DNA of 64,000 nt, taken from Rhodothermales bacterium (GTDB lineage: Bacteria > Bacteroidota > Rhodothermia > Rhodothermales > JANQRZ01). Location of the stretch: contig JBDUXZ010000001.1 of assembly GCA_039944855.1 (NCBI GenBank), positions 2,568 to 66,567 on the forward strand, written 5' to 3'. The translations under genes were made by a program, and so were the position numbers. Shown here in pieces: positions 50,080 through 58,955 of the stretch (positions are counted from its first letter, which is position 1; the number at the start of each line of letters is the position of its first letter). The notes beneath the pieces were generated by a model, which saw only the letters and a program-made list of their open reading frames with translations, did not search any database and was not told the DNA's origin.

Positions 50080-50709
50080 ATGTACCGACCCCGGCTGCCA
50101 CGACTCCTCATTTTGTGCATTTTCGCAGGTGGATGGGCCGCCGGCACGACGCCTGCCGCCGCTCAATCGGAGTCGAGTCCTGCGGAGGTCGTAACGCGCA
50201 CGCACACGCCTGCCGACGCGCTCTTCATGCGGGGAATGATCCCGCACCACGCGCAGGCCCTCGACATGACGGCGCTCGTGCCCGCCCGGACGACCCGCCG
50301 CGATCTCCTCCTCCTCGCCGAACGGATCGAGGTGGCTCAGGGCGATGAGATCGCGTGGATGCAGCGGTGGTTGCAGGACCGGGACGAAGAAGTGCCGATG
50401 GTAGGCGCCGGCCACGCGCACCATGGTGCCGGGCACCACACCCTCATGCCCGGCATGCTGACGCCCGAGCAACTCGCCCAGCTCGCCGAGGCGTCGGGCC
50501 CCGCGTTCGACCGCCTCTTCTTGGAGTTCATGATCCAGCACCACGAGGGCGCGCTCGTCATGGTCAACGACCTGCTAGCGAGCCCAGGCGCCGCCCAACT
50601 CACGGAGGTCTACCGCTTCGCCTCCGACATCGATGCGGACCAGCGCGCGGACATCCAGCGGATGAAGGCCATGCTCGAGGGCCCGCTCGCCGCGCCGGAC
50701 GAACGATAG
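50080..50709 (+). CDS. DUF305 family protein (four-helix-bundle, metal-associated family)
   Basis: The duplicated DUF305 motif is present (FMRGMIPHHAQALDM and FMIQHHEGALVMV), plus EIAWMQRWL and DIQRMKAML. There is an N-terminal signal/TM segment. Confidence 0.8.
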   Translation: MYRPRLPRLLILCIFAGGWAAGTTPAAAQSESSPAEVVTRTHTPADALFMRGMIPHHAQALDMTALVPARTTRRDLLLLAERIEVAQGDEIAWMQRWLQDRDEEVPMVGAGHAHHGAGHHTLMPGMLTPEQLAQLAEASGPAFDRLFLEFMIQHHEGALVMVNDLLASPGAAQLTEVYRFASDIDADQRADIQRMKAMLEGPLAAPDER

Positions 50710-50754
50710 CCTCACTCCATCCCCCACATCTCCCCACCCCCATCCCCGTCGCCC

Positions 50755-52578
50755 ATGACCGCCCTCCCGATATCCCTCGTGCGCCGCGTCGTTGCTGCGC
50801 TCTGCCTCTGCACCTTTGCGCTCGGCGTCTCTTTATCGGCGAGCGCGCAGACGATGACCGCAGGTGAGAAGGCGCAGGACCCCCGCGTCGGACTCAAAGC
50901 TGGGTGGCAGGACGCGGAATCGGCGGCGATGAATATGGAACTGGTCGCCCACGTCCCGCGCCCCGACGGGTTCTTCAACCCCGACGATCCGGGCGACTTC
51001 AGCTATATGAATTCCGACTTCGCCTTTCGGGGGGACCACCTCTTCCTCGGGAGCTTCCACGGGCTCCAAATCTGGAACATCGCCGATCCGAGCCAGCCTA
51101 CACTGCGCCTCACGCTCCCATGTCCGGGCGGGCAGGGCGACGTTTCCGTCCACGGCGATCTCCTCTTCATGTCGGTCGAAGAGACCCGCGGCCGTCTCGA
51201 CTGCGGCCCGCAGGGCGTCTCGGAGGTGGTCAGCGACGAGCGCTTCCGCGGCGTGCGCGTCTACGACATCAGCGACGTCGACCGCCCGAAGCAGGTCGCG
51301 GCGGTGCAGACGTGCCGCGGCTCGCACACCCACACGCTTGTGCCCGACGTAGAGGATGACTCCCGCGTGTTTATCTACGTCTCCGGCACGAGTCAGGTGA
51401 GGCCGAGCGAGGAGCTGCCCGGCTGCTCGGGCCGGTCGCCCGACGAGGACCCGAACACCTCGCTGTTCCGCATCGAAGTCATCGAAGTGCCGCTCGACGC
51501 TCCTCAGGACGCGCGCATCGTCAGCACGCCGCGCATCTTCGCCGATGCGACCTCCGGTGACATCGCCGGACTCTGGCCGGGCGGCCCCCACGGCGAGGGC
51601 ACGCAGGAGACGAGCACGACGAACCAGTGCCACGACATCACGGTCTATCCCGAGCTCGGCCTCGCGGCGGGCGCGTGCTCCGGCAACGGCATCCTCCTTG
51701 ACATCAGCGACCCCGCGAATCCGAAGCGGATCGACGAGGTGATCGACCCCAACTTTGCCTACTGGCATTCGGCGACGTTCAACAACGACGGCAGCACGGT
51801 GCTCTTCACCGACGAGTGGGGCGGCGGGCTCGCCCCGCGCTGCCGCGATACGGATCGCCCGGAGTGGGGCGCGAACGCGATCTTTACGCTCGAGGACGGG
51901 GAATTGGAACACGCCAGCTATTACAAGCTGCCCGCGCCGCAGACATCGGAGGAGAACTGCGTCGCGCACAACGGCTCGCTCGTTCCGATCCCCGGCCGCG
52001 ACGTGATGGCGCAGGCGTGGTATCAGGGCGGCGTCTCCGTCCTCGACTTCACCGATCCCGCCAACCCGCAGGAGATCGCCTACTTCGACCGGGGCCCGAT
52101 GAATGCGAAGCGGATGGTGATGGCCGGATACTGGTCGGTGTACTGGTATAACGGCTACCTCTACGCCTCCGAGATCGGTCGCGGGCTCGACGTGTTCAAG
52201 CTGACGCCGAGCGAGCACGTGTCGCAGAACGAGATCGACGCGGCGGAGTCGATCCACGACGAAGAGGTGAATCCCCAGCTTCAGACGCGGATCGTGTGGC
52301 CTGCTAGCTTCTCCGTCGCGCGGGCGTACCTCGATCAGCTAGCGCGCCACGAACACCTCACGTCCGAGCAGGTAGCCCGCGTGGGGGGTGAGATCGATCA
52401 GGTGGAGCAACTCGCTGCGCGGTCGAAGGGCGGCGCGGCAGTGGCTCGGCTCGCGAGTACGGCCGCGATGGTCGAGGGCGAAGCCGGGGTCGCTGAGGCG
52501 GGCGCGTCGCCCGAAGCCGCGCGCCGGCTCCGTCTGCTCGCCGCGACGCTACGCGAATTGGGAGGCGCGCTGCCGTAA
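50755..52578 (+). CDS. LVIVD-repeat beta-propeller protein, secreted
   Basis: A signal peptide is followed by repeated motifs of the type G-hydrophobic-x-hydrophobic-x-D-hydrophobic-S/T-D-P-x-x-P (GLQIWNIADPSQP, GVRVYDISDVDRP, GILLDISDPANP, GVSVLDFTDPANP, GLDVFKL). Confidence 0.7.
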   Translation: MTALPISLVRRVVAALCLCTFALGVSLSASAQTMTAGEKAQDPRVGLKAGWQDAESAAMNMELVAHVPRPDGFFNPDDPGDFSYMNSDFAFRGDHLFLGSFHGLQIWNIADPSQPTLRLTLPCPGGQGDVSVHGDLLFMSVEETRGRLDCGPQGVSEVVSDERFRGVRVYDISDVDRPKQVAAVQTCRGSHTHTLVPDVEDDSRVFIYVSGTSQVRPSEELPGCSGRSPDEDPNTSLFRIEVIEVPLDAPQDARIVSTPRIFADATSGDIAGLWPGGPHGEGTQETSTTNQCHDITVYPELGLAAGACSGNGILLDISDPANPKRIDEVIDPNFAYWHSATFNNDGSTVLFTDEWGGGLAPRCRDTDRPEWGANAIFTLEDGELEHASYYKLPAPQTSEENCVAHNGSLVPIPGRDVMAQAWYQGGVSVLDFTDPANPQEIAYFDRGPMNAKRMVMAGYWSVYWYNGYLYASEIGRGLDVFKLTPSEHVSQNEIDAAESIHDEEVNPQLQTRIVWPASFSVARAYLDQLARHEHLTSEQVARVGGEIDQVEQLAARSKGGAAVARLASTAAMVEGEAGVAEAGASPEAARRLRLLAATLRELGGALP

Positions 52579-52707
52579 TGCTGCGTTGGCACATCCGATG
52601 GGGTAGTGTCTCTTCCGCGACATGGGAGCGCTTGTTGTAAGCCGGTGTATGGTGGGTCGACCGCTCTGCGAGTCAATACGCCACCTGCTTTAGAACGATC
52701 CGAACGT

Positions 52708-52923
52708 ATGAAGACCTACGAAGCCCCTCGCTTAATCCCCTACGGCACGGTCGCCCACGTGACGGCGTATGCGGGGGCCCCGGGCACCGGCGACGTTCTC
52801 GTTGATGTCAACGGGACTGTGATTGCTACGGATGCCCTCTCGGGCGCCGATTTCTGTCAGGTCATGGGCTCCAATGGCACCCCCGTGCTTTATCCCATAG
52901 AGACATGCCCGCTGAACCCATAG
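52708..52923 (+). CDS. small ORF (71 aa) with lasso-peptide-type leader motif; putative orphan RiPP precursor
   Basis: MKTYEAPRLIPYGTVAHVTA fits YxxPxLx3Gx5Tx exactly. The ORF has its own hairpin terminator. It lies in a gap of about 600 bp with no other coding sequence, and its third-position GC is lower than in neighbouring genes. Confidence 0.5.
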   Translation: MKTYEAPRLIPYGTVAHVTAYAGAPGTGDVLVDVNGTVIATDALSGADFCQVMGSNGTPVLYPIETCPLNP

Positions 52924-52975
52924 TAGTCTAACAAGCTCGCCTCGAGCACATCAAGAGCGTGACGGATCCCCATGG

Positions 52976-53001
52976 AGGCCGCTTCCAACTGGAAGCGGCC
53001 T
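52976..53001 (+). terminator. rho-independent-type terminator after the small ORF
   Basis: AGGCCGCTTCC-AACT-GGAAGCGGCCT is followed by TCTGTATTTCT. Confidence 0.7.
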
Positions 53002-53181
53002 TCTGTATTTCTCCCTTCATCGTGCAGGTACCGAACCGGGTATGCGGGAGACCATGCGGCTGTACGAGGCAATGCCCGTGGGTGCCCGTGAAAGGGGGGG
53101 GGCTTCTGCACAGGTTCTGGATATCGCTCGATTAAGTTGAGCCACTCACCTGACCTCTGCACCGAGAACGCTTCCCCCGCC

Positions 53182-54300
53182 ATGAGACCACACTCGTACG
53201 TGTTCGCCATCGTAGTTGCCCTGTTCACGCTGGGCGCTTTCTCCGCCTGCGACTCGTCGACCACATCTGGAAACATCGATGACCCGACACTCGGCGAGGT
53301 CGATCCGTCGCTCTTCGTCGACGCCGCGATTGTCGGCGAGATCACCGAGGAGGCCTGCGTGCTCTCCGGCGGGACCGAGACCACGTGCATCCGCTTCTCT
53401 GTGAACACGGACCCGGTGGACCACACCGCCGGGCCGTGGTGTCCGGGGACGATCCAAGCCGACGCCTCTGAGGGCGGGATCTGGCCCGAGGGCGGGATCG
53501 CCTACGAGGTCGACGGCTCATTCATCGAGAACCTCGACACCTTCTATGACGATCCGTTCTGGCAGATGTACGATGACGAGGGCGACGTCTTTATCACGGA
53601 CTCGCAGGAGGACTGCGCCGCTGCGGCGAATCCGAACGTCGGCGAGGAGTACGCCAACTTCTGCGTCGAATGCCAGACGTCGTACCTCGAGCCGGAGGCG
53701 CAGATCACGTACGTCATCCCGAAGCAACCCGTTTCCGTGAATGGTACCGGCCCCACGAGCGACCCGATGGGCGTGGCCTTCAACGGCATCAGCTTCGCCC
53801 CGCCGGCCCCGACCGACCGCATCCTCGGTGCCTACACGCTCGCCCCGTTCGACGACTGCGGCGGCCACGTCAACCTCAACGTTGGCTACCACTACCACGA
53901 GGCGACGGGGTGCGGGACGCAGGTGGCCCAGAGCGACGGGCACGCCCCTATGATCGGCTATGCGCTCGACGGCATCCCGTTCTACGCGCAGATGGGCACC
54001 GACGGCCAGGAGCCGACGGACCTCGACGAATGTCGCGGCCACACGGATGACGAGCGCGGGTACCACTACCACGTGGCTTCGCCCGGGGCGAACCAGTTCG
54101 TCGGCTGCTTTCGCGGCGAGTACGGGTGCGCTCTCGCCGGCGACGGGGCGGGGCTTACGTGCGATGCGACGCAGGGTCCGGGAGGCCCGCCTGGTGGGGG
54201 CCCGCCCGGAGGCCGCCCCGGCCCGCCCGAGGGCAGGACGTCAGCAGACGCTGAGGCGGCGCACACCCACGCGTTCCCGGGGCCTCACGACCACCACTAG
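53182..54300 (+). CDS. YHYH-domain lipoprotein with Pro/Gly linker and His-rich tail
   Basis: Lipobox (LFTLGAFSAC). The motif pair is duplicated: DDCGGHVNLNVGYHYHEATG and DECRGHTDDERGYHYHVAS. The C-terminus reads GPGGPPGGGPPGGRPGPPEG...AAHTHAFPGPHDHH. Confidence 0.75.
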   Translation: MRPHSYVFAIVVALFTLGAFSACDSSTTSGNIDDPTLGEVDPSLFVDAAIVGEITEEACVLSGGTETTCIRFSVNTDPVDHTAGPWCPGTIQADASEGGIWPEGGIAYEVDGSFIENLDTFYDDPFWQMYDDEGDVFITDSQEDCAAAANPNVGEEYANFCVECQTSYLEPEAQITYVIPKQPVSVNGTGPTSDPMGVAFNGISFAPPAPTDRILGAYTLAPFDDCGGHVNLNVGYHYHEATGCGTQVAQSDGHAPMIGYALDGIPFYAQMGTDGQEPTDLDECRGHTDDERGYHYHVASPGANQFVGCFRGEYGCALAGDGAGLTCDATQGPGGPPGGGPPGGRPGPPEGRTSADAEAAHTHAFPGPHDHH

Positions 54301-54394
54301 ATCGCCTGTGCTCTCTGCTGCTGGCCTACCCGCCCGTCGCGCGGTTGCAGGTCGGTGGCGGTATCATGGTGTCCGGACTCCTCCCCCTTCTCCG

Positions 54395-55078
54395 ATGCCC
54401 CGCACCCTCCTCGTTGCCGACGACGAACCGGCCATCCGGGACCTGCTCCGCGACTTCTTCGAGGCGGAGGGGTATACCGTCGTGACGGCCTCGGATGGGA
54501 GGGAGGCCCTCGCCGTGGCTCGCGAGGCCGCGCCCGACCTCGTGCTCCTCGACGTGATGATGCCGTGGGTGGACGGGTTCGACGTCGTCCGCGAGCTCCG
54601 GCGCGAGGGCCAGACGCCGGTCATCCTCCTCACGGCCCGCGTGGAGGAGGCCGACAAGGTGAAGGGGCTCGGGCTCGGGGCCGACGACTACGTCACCAAG
54701 CCGTTCAGCTTCCACGAGGTCGCCGCCCGCGTCCAGGCCGTCCTCCGCCGGAGCGAACCGAAAGGCGTGCTGAGGGGCGGGGACATCGCTCTGGACGTGG
54801 AGGCGTACCGCGTCACCGTCCGAGGCGAATGGGCGGAGCTCACCCCGGCCGAGTTCAATATCCTCCGCGCCCTCATGGCAGCGTCTGGTCGCGCCTTGTC
54901 CCGCCTCGACCTCCTCGAAGTCCTCGGTCGTGACTACGACGGCTCGGAGCGGACCGTCGACTCCCACGTCCGCAACCTCCGCGTCAAGGTTGAGGTCGAC
55001 CCCAAGACTCCGGCGCACATCGAGACCGTGTTCGGGACCGGATACCGGTTCGCGCCACGGGTGGGAGGCGCCCCGTGA
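54395..55078 (+). CDS. OmpR/PhoB-family response regulator
   Basis: The receiver shows LLVADDEPAIRDLL, DLVLLDVMMP, VILLTAR and DYVTKPF. The winged-helix output shows LTPAEFNILRAL and VETVFGTGYRF. Confidence 0.9.
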   Translation: MPRTLLVADDEPAIRDLLRDFFEAEGYTVVTASDGREALAVAREAAPDLVLLDVMMPWVDGFDVVRELRREGQTPVILLTARVEEADKVKGLGLGADDYVTKPFSFHEVAARVQAVLRRSEPKGVLRGGDIALDVEAYRVTVRGEWAELTPAEFNILRALMAASGRALSRLDLLEVLGRDYDGSERTVDSHVRNLRVKVEVDPKTPAHIETVFGTGYRFAPRVGGAP

Positions 55079-56523
55079 CCGGTTCGCTGAGGGGGCGGTG
55101 GACGCTCGTGCTCGTCGGCGTGTGCCTTCTGGAGGCCGCGCTCGTCGCCGTCGCCGTCCGTGTCTCTACGGCGACGGCGTTCGACCGGTTCGTGATCGAG
55201 GAGGCACTGGAGGGGTTCGTCGACGACGTCGAGGCCACGGCGCGGGCCTCGGGGACGATCACGGCCGAGGGGGTCGAGGAGGCCCGCCTGCCTGCCGGGC
55301 CGCCACCCCGACCGGGGACCCTCCCTGACGATCGCAGCCGACCGTCCCGCAGACTCCCGCCCCCTGCCACGCTCGGGCAGCGGATCGCGTTCGGGCTCGC
55401 CGACGCCGAGGGCCGCGTCGTCCGCCCGTTCGACGCGTACGCCGTGGGCGACGTACTCCCGCCCGCCGCGCTCGACGACGGGCGCGCGGTGGTCGTGGAC
55501 GGCCGGCGCGTGGCGACCGCATTCGTCCCACGAGACGCCGCTGACGCCCTCCACGGCCTGCCTGCGTCGAGCCCCGAGGTCCGGTTTGTCGCCTCGTCCA
55601 CGGTCGCGCTCGTCGCCGCGCTGGGGCTCGCGCTCGCCGTTTCGCTCGCCGTCGGCGCGTGGCTGGCCGGCCGGACGACCCGCCCGCTCCGCCGGCTCAC
55701 CGAGGCCGTCCGTGCGATTGCAGCGGGCGACCTCGGCCAAACTGTTTCCGTCGCCAGTGCCGACGAGGTCGGCGCGCTCGCCGACGCCTTCAACACGATG
55801 AGCGCCCGGCTCGCCGAGGCGACGGCGCTCCGCCAGCGGATGACAGCCGACGTGTCGCACGACCTCCGCACACCGGTGACGACGGTGCTCGGGACGCTGG
55901 AACTCATCGAGAGCGGGGCGCTCGCCGCGACGCCCGAGCGGATCCGGACGGCCCGCGTCCAGGCCGAGCGGCTCGCCCGGCTCGTCGAGGCCTTCCACAC
56001 GCTCGCCCTCGCCGACGCGGGTGACCTCCCCGTCCACCTCACGCGCCTCGTACCGGCTGACACGCTCCGGCACGCGGCCGCGGCGTTCGAGGCCCGCGCG
56101 GAGGCGGTAGGCGTCGAACTCGCCGTCGAGGCCGAGGGCGCGCCGGACTTGCGGGCCGACCCCGACCGCCTCGCGCAGATCCTCGACAACCTCGTCTCGA
56201 ATGCGCTCCGGTATACGCCGTCGGGCGGCCACGTCACGCTCTCCGCCCGGCCTGCACCGGACGGCGTCGAGGTTGATGTCATGGACACGGGCTCGGGGAT
56301 CGCGTCGGACGTGCTCCCCCACGTGTTCGAGCGGTCGGTCCGGGCTGACGGCGCGCGGGCAGGCGGGGGCTCAGGGCTCGGCCTCAGCATCGTCCGCTCG
56401 CTCACGGAGGCGATGGGGGGGGCAGTCGGTATCGTGAGCGTGCCCGGGGAGGGCACGACGGTCACCGTCACGCTCCCGGCGTGGGACGGGCCGTCTGCCG
56501 GGGGTGCCTCGGAGCCGCGCTGA
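55075..56523 (+). CDS. sensor histidine kinase (periplasmic loop + HAMP + HisKA + HATPase_c)
   Basis: The GTG start overlaps the regulator's stop (GTGA). Two TM segments flank a loop of about 150 aa. HAMP motif RPLRRLTEAVRAIAAGDL. H-box VSHDLRTPVT. HATPase motifs NLVSNALRYT, DTGSGI and GSGLGLSIVRSL. Confidence 0.9.
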   Translation: MTGSLRGRWTLVLVGVCLLEAALVAVAVRVSTATAFDRFVIEEALEGFVDDVEATARASGTITAEGVEEARLPAGPPPRPGTLPDDRSRPSRRLPPPATLGQRIAFGLADAEGRVVRPFDAYAVGDVLPPAALDDGRAVVVDGRRVATAFVPRDAADALHGLPASSPEVRFVASSTVALVAALGLALAVSLAVGAWLAGRTTRPLRRLTEAVRAIAAGDLGQTVSVASADEVGALADAFNTMSARLAEATALRQRMTADVSHDLRTPVTTVLGTLELIESGALAATPERIRTARVQAERLARLVEAFHTLALADAGDLPVHLTRLVPADTLRHAAAAFEARAEAVGVELAVEAEGAPDLRADPDRLAQILDNLVSNALRYTPSGGHVTLSARPAPDGVEVDVMDTGSGIASDVLPHVFERSVRADGARAGGGSGLGLSIVRSLTEAMGGAVGIVSVPGEGTTVTVTLPAWDGPSAGGASEPR

Positions 56524-56590
56524 GCTCGCGGCTGCACGGGATCTGGACATTTGCTCTCTAGACTGGGGCCGTCCACCCACCGCTCCCCTG

Positions 56591-57550
56591 ATGCCCAAGC
56601 TCACCCTTCTGTTCGTCGCCCTCGCGCTGGCGCTCTCTGCCTGCGATTCCGACAGCACTGACGCGCCCGTCGTCGGGGTCGTCTTCGACCCCGCGCTCCT
56701 CACCGGCTCCAACGTCATCGGCGCGGCCACGCTCGTCGATTGCACGCTGACGGACGGGACCGAGACCCGGTGCTACGAGGTCTCGTTTGGGGCCAACCCG
56801 GTCGAGGACGGGCCGTACTGCCCCCAGACCATCGATGAGGTCGGCGGCGTCGGGTTCTACGACGGCGCGACGAACCCCGGCTTCCAGGCGCTCAAGGCCG
56901 AGCTCTGGGACGCGATGGAGGCCGACGGCTACGACATCGTCGACGCTGATGGCAACGTTAATGTCGCCGATCCGGGTGCGCCCGGAGGCGTGTCGCCAGC
57001 GTGCCTCGAAGCCACGCCCGACGACGGGCTCGTACTCACGTTCACTATCCCGGCCGTCCCGACCCCACTCAGCACGCCCGACGCCATCGGGACGGTCGAA
57101 TTTATAGGCCTCTCGCTCGATGGCATCCCGATCGCGGGCGTCCCACCGTCCGTCGTGGGCATGGGCGCGGGCGACCCGCGGGGCGGCAACATCCCCGCCA
57201 TCGGCGGGTGCGGCGGCCACATCGACCCGCGCGGGTACCTCCACTGGCACCTCGGCCCCGAGGAGGCGAACAACGTCCTCGACGCGAACGGCATCACAGA
57301 TGTCCGTTGCACGGCCGTCCCCCAGAGCACGACCGCACTCATCGGGTTTGCCAAGGACGGCTACCCGATCTACGCGTCGCAGGATGCAGCCGGGATGCCG
57401 AGCGACCTCGACGCCTGTGGCGGCCACACGTCCACGACGGCCGACTACGCCGACGAGGTCTACCACTACCACGTTTCGTCCACCGATGCCCCGAACGTGC
57501 CGTCGTGTGTCGTCGGCGCCTCGGTGCGGCAACCTTTTCAGTTTCAGTGA
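56591..57550 (+). CDS. YHYH-domain lipoprotein (paralogue of 53182-54300)
   Basis: Lipobox (ALALALSAC). The N-terminal region is shared with the paralogue (TDGTETRCYEVSF against SGGTETTCIRFSV). Motifs GGCGGHIDPRGYLHWH and DACGGHTSTTADYADEVYHYHVSS are present. Confidence 0.75.
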   Translation: MPKLTLLFVALALALSACDSDSTDAPVVGVVFDPALLTGSNVIGAATLVDCTLTDGTETRCYEVSFGANPVEDGPYCPQTIDEVGGVGFYDGATNPGFQALKAELWDAMEADGYDIVDADGNVNVADPGAPGGVSPACLEATPDDGLVLTFTIPAVPTPLSTPDAIGTVEFIGLSLDGIPIAGVPPSVVGMGAGDPRGGNIPAIGGCGGHIDPRGYLHWHLGPEEANNVLDANGITDVRCTAVPQSTTALIGFAKDGYPIYASQDAAGMPSDLDACGGHTSTTADYADEVYHYHVSSTDAPNVPSCVVGASVRQPFQFQ

Positions 57551-58173
57551 TGCCACGCCGCGCCCTCGTCCTCGTGCTCGCGTTGTGGAGCGCGCAGGCC
57601 CTCGCCCACGACCCCCGCTCGGCGGCCGTTGAGGTCGAGGTTACCGAGTCCGCCGCCACGGTCCACCTCGCCGTTTCGCAGGCCGGCCTCCACGCTGCCC
57701 TCGAAGCCGGGGTGGGCCGGTCGGTCGACACCCAGGCTGAGGACTACCGCGCGCTCGTGGCCGACCACCTCCGCCGGACGCTCGGGCTCTCGGCGGACGG
57801 TCATGAGCTGACGGTCAGCGACATCGGGCTCCGGCTCGGCAGTCACCAATCCGACGCACGGTTTGCTGTCGAGCTGCCGTCCGGTACGGAGATGCTGACC
57901 GTCGCCGTCGACGTCTTGGACGGCGTAGAAGGCCACCAGACCATCGTGCGCGTCCGCCACCGGGGCGATACGACGCGGGCCGTGCTCTCTGAGGCTATGG
58001 GCGGGACCGTGACCGTCGCGGTCTCGGAGCCGGTCGCTTCCAGGGCCGATTCCGGTACTGCTGCGGCGCCCGGACCACTCCGCGCGGGCCGGGCGTGGGC
58101 GCTCAGCCTGGTTGCGATCGCCGTCGTCCTGCTGCTCATCGGCATGACCCGCCGGTCGGCGACCACAACGTGA
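57550..58173 (+). CDS. hypothetical exported protein with C-terminal membrane anchor
   Basis: The ATG overlaps the upstream TGA (TGATG). Signal peptide ALVLVLALWSAQALAHD. C-terminal TM segment AWALSLVAIAVVLLLIGM. Confidence 0.6.
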   Translation: MPRRALVLVLALWSAQALAHDPRSAAVEVEVTESAATVHLAVSQAGLHAALEAGVGRSVDTQAEDYRALVADHLRRTLGLSADGHELTVSDIGLRLGSHQSDARFAVELPSGTEMLTVAVDVLDGVEGHQTIVRVRHRGDTTRAVLSEAMGGTVTVAVSEPVASRADSGTAAAPGPLRAGRAWALSLVAIAVVLLLIGMTRRSATTT

Positions 58174-58303
58174 CCCTCCCGGCTCTCCACCATTCTTCCC
58201 TTGGATGTATGACCACATCCTTCCAGGTCCCGATCTGGCTCTCCGTTGCCTTCGCCACCGGGCTGTTCGCCCTCGCCGAAGAAAACAGCCTGCACGATGC
58301 TGC

Positions 58304-58777
58304 ATGGCACGGCGCTGGTCCACACTGCGACCCACCTTGTACCGTCTCATCCTGATCGCCGCAATGGCGGTCCTCACGATGGCCCCCGACGCCTCGGCCC
58401 AGACGACCTCCGAGGTGACGAGCACTGTCCTCAATGCGTCCGACGACCAGCCGCTCCCAGGCGCGACCGTCATCTTCATCCGCGCGGCGCCGGACAACAC
58501 GCGCACGGGAGCAGCGGCCGCCCTCGATGGGTCGTTCCGGCTCGCCGTGGCGCCGGGCTTGTACCGCCTCCGTGTCTCGTTCGTCGGCTACCAGCCGCTG
58601 GAGCGTGACGTGGCCGTGACCGGCGACCCGGTGGCGCTCGGCCGGCTGCCGCTCGCCTTCGACGACGCCGTGCTCGCCCAGAGCCTGACGACGGACGCCG
58701 TGGACGCGTCGGCGTGCAGGGGCGTGTGCTGCTCCGCCACCGGTTTCCTGCGGTGGGCCGGACGCTCACACGAATAG
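58304..58777 (+). pseudogene. truncated TonB-dependent-receptor N-terminus (CarboxypepD_reg-like domain only)
   Basis: A signal peptide is followed by the typical VTSTVLNASDDQPLPGATVIFI...DGSFRLAVAPGLYRLRVSFVGYQPLERDV. The frame ends about 150 aa in, and neither a plug nor a barrel follows. Confidence 0.55.
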
Positions 58778-58955
58778 CGCTGTCTCCACTTCGGCCGTTG
58801 CCGTGAACGTCTCCCAAGAGCGTTCGCGTTCGCGGGCCGGGACCAGACCCGGCGCTACCCACTCACCCCGGCGAAGAGGATTCACACCCCGTGCTTGTTG
58901 CGGCCCGTGACCTGCTGGCGTACGGTCACCGCCGCGCTGAGCTCGCAGGTTCTCC

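Noticed and set aside
52890-53426. A 178-aa minus-strand ORF spanning the gap between the small leader-like ORF and the YHYH gene.
   Set aside because: It runs antisense through the terminator hairpin and through the 5' end of the YHYH lipoprotein gene. It has no signal peptide or motif, and the plus-strand genes explain the region better.
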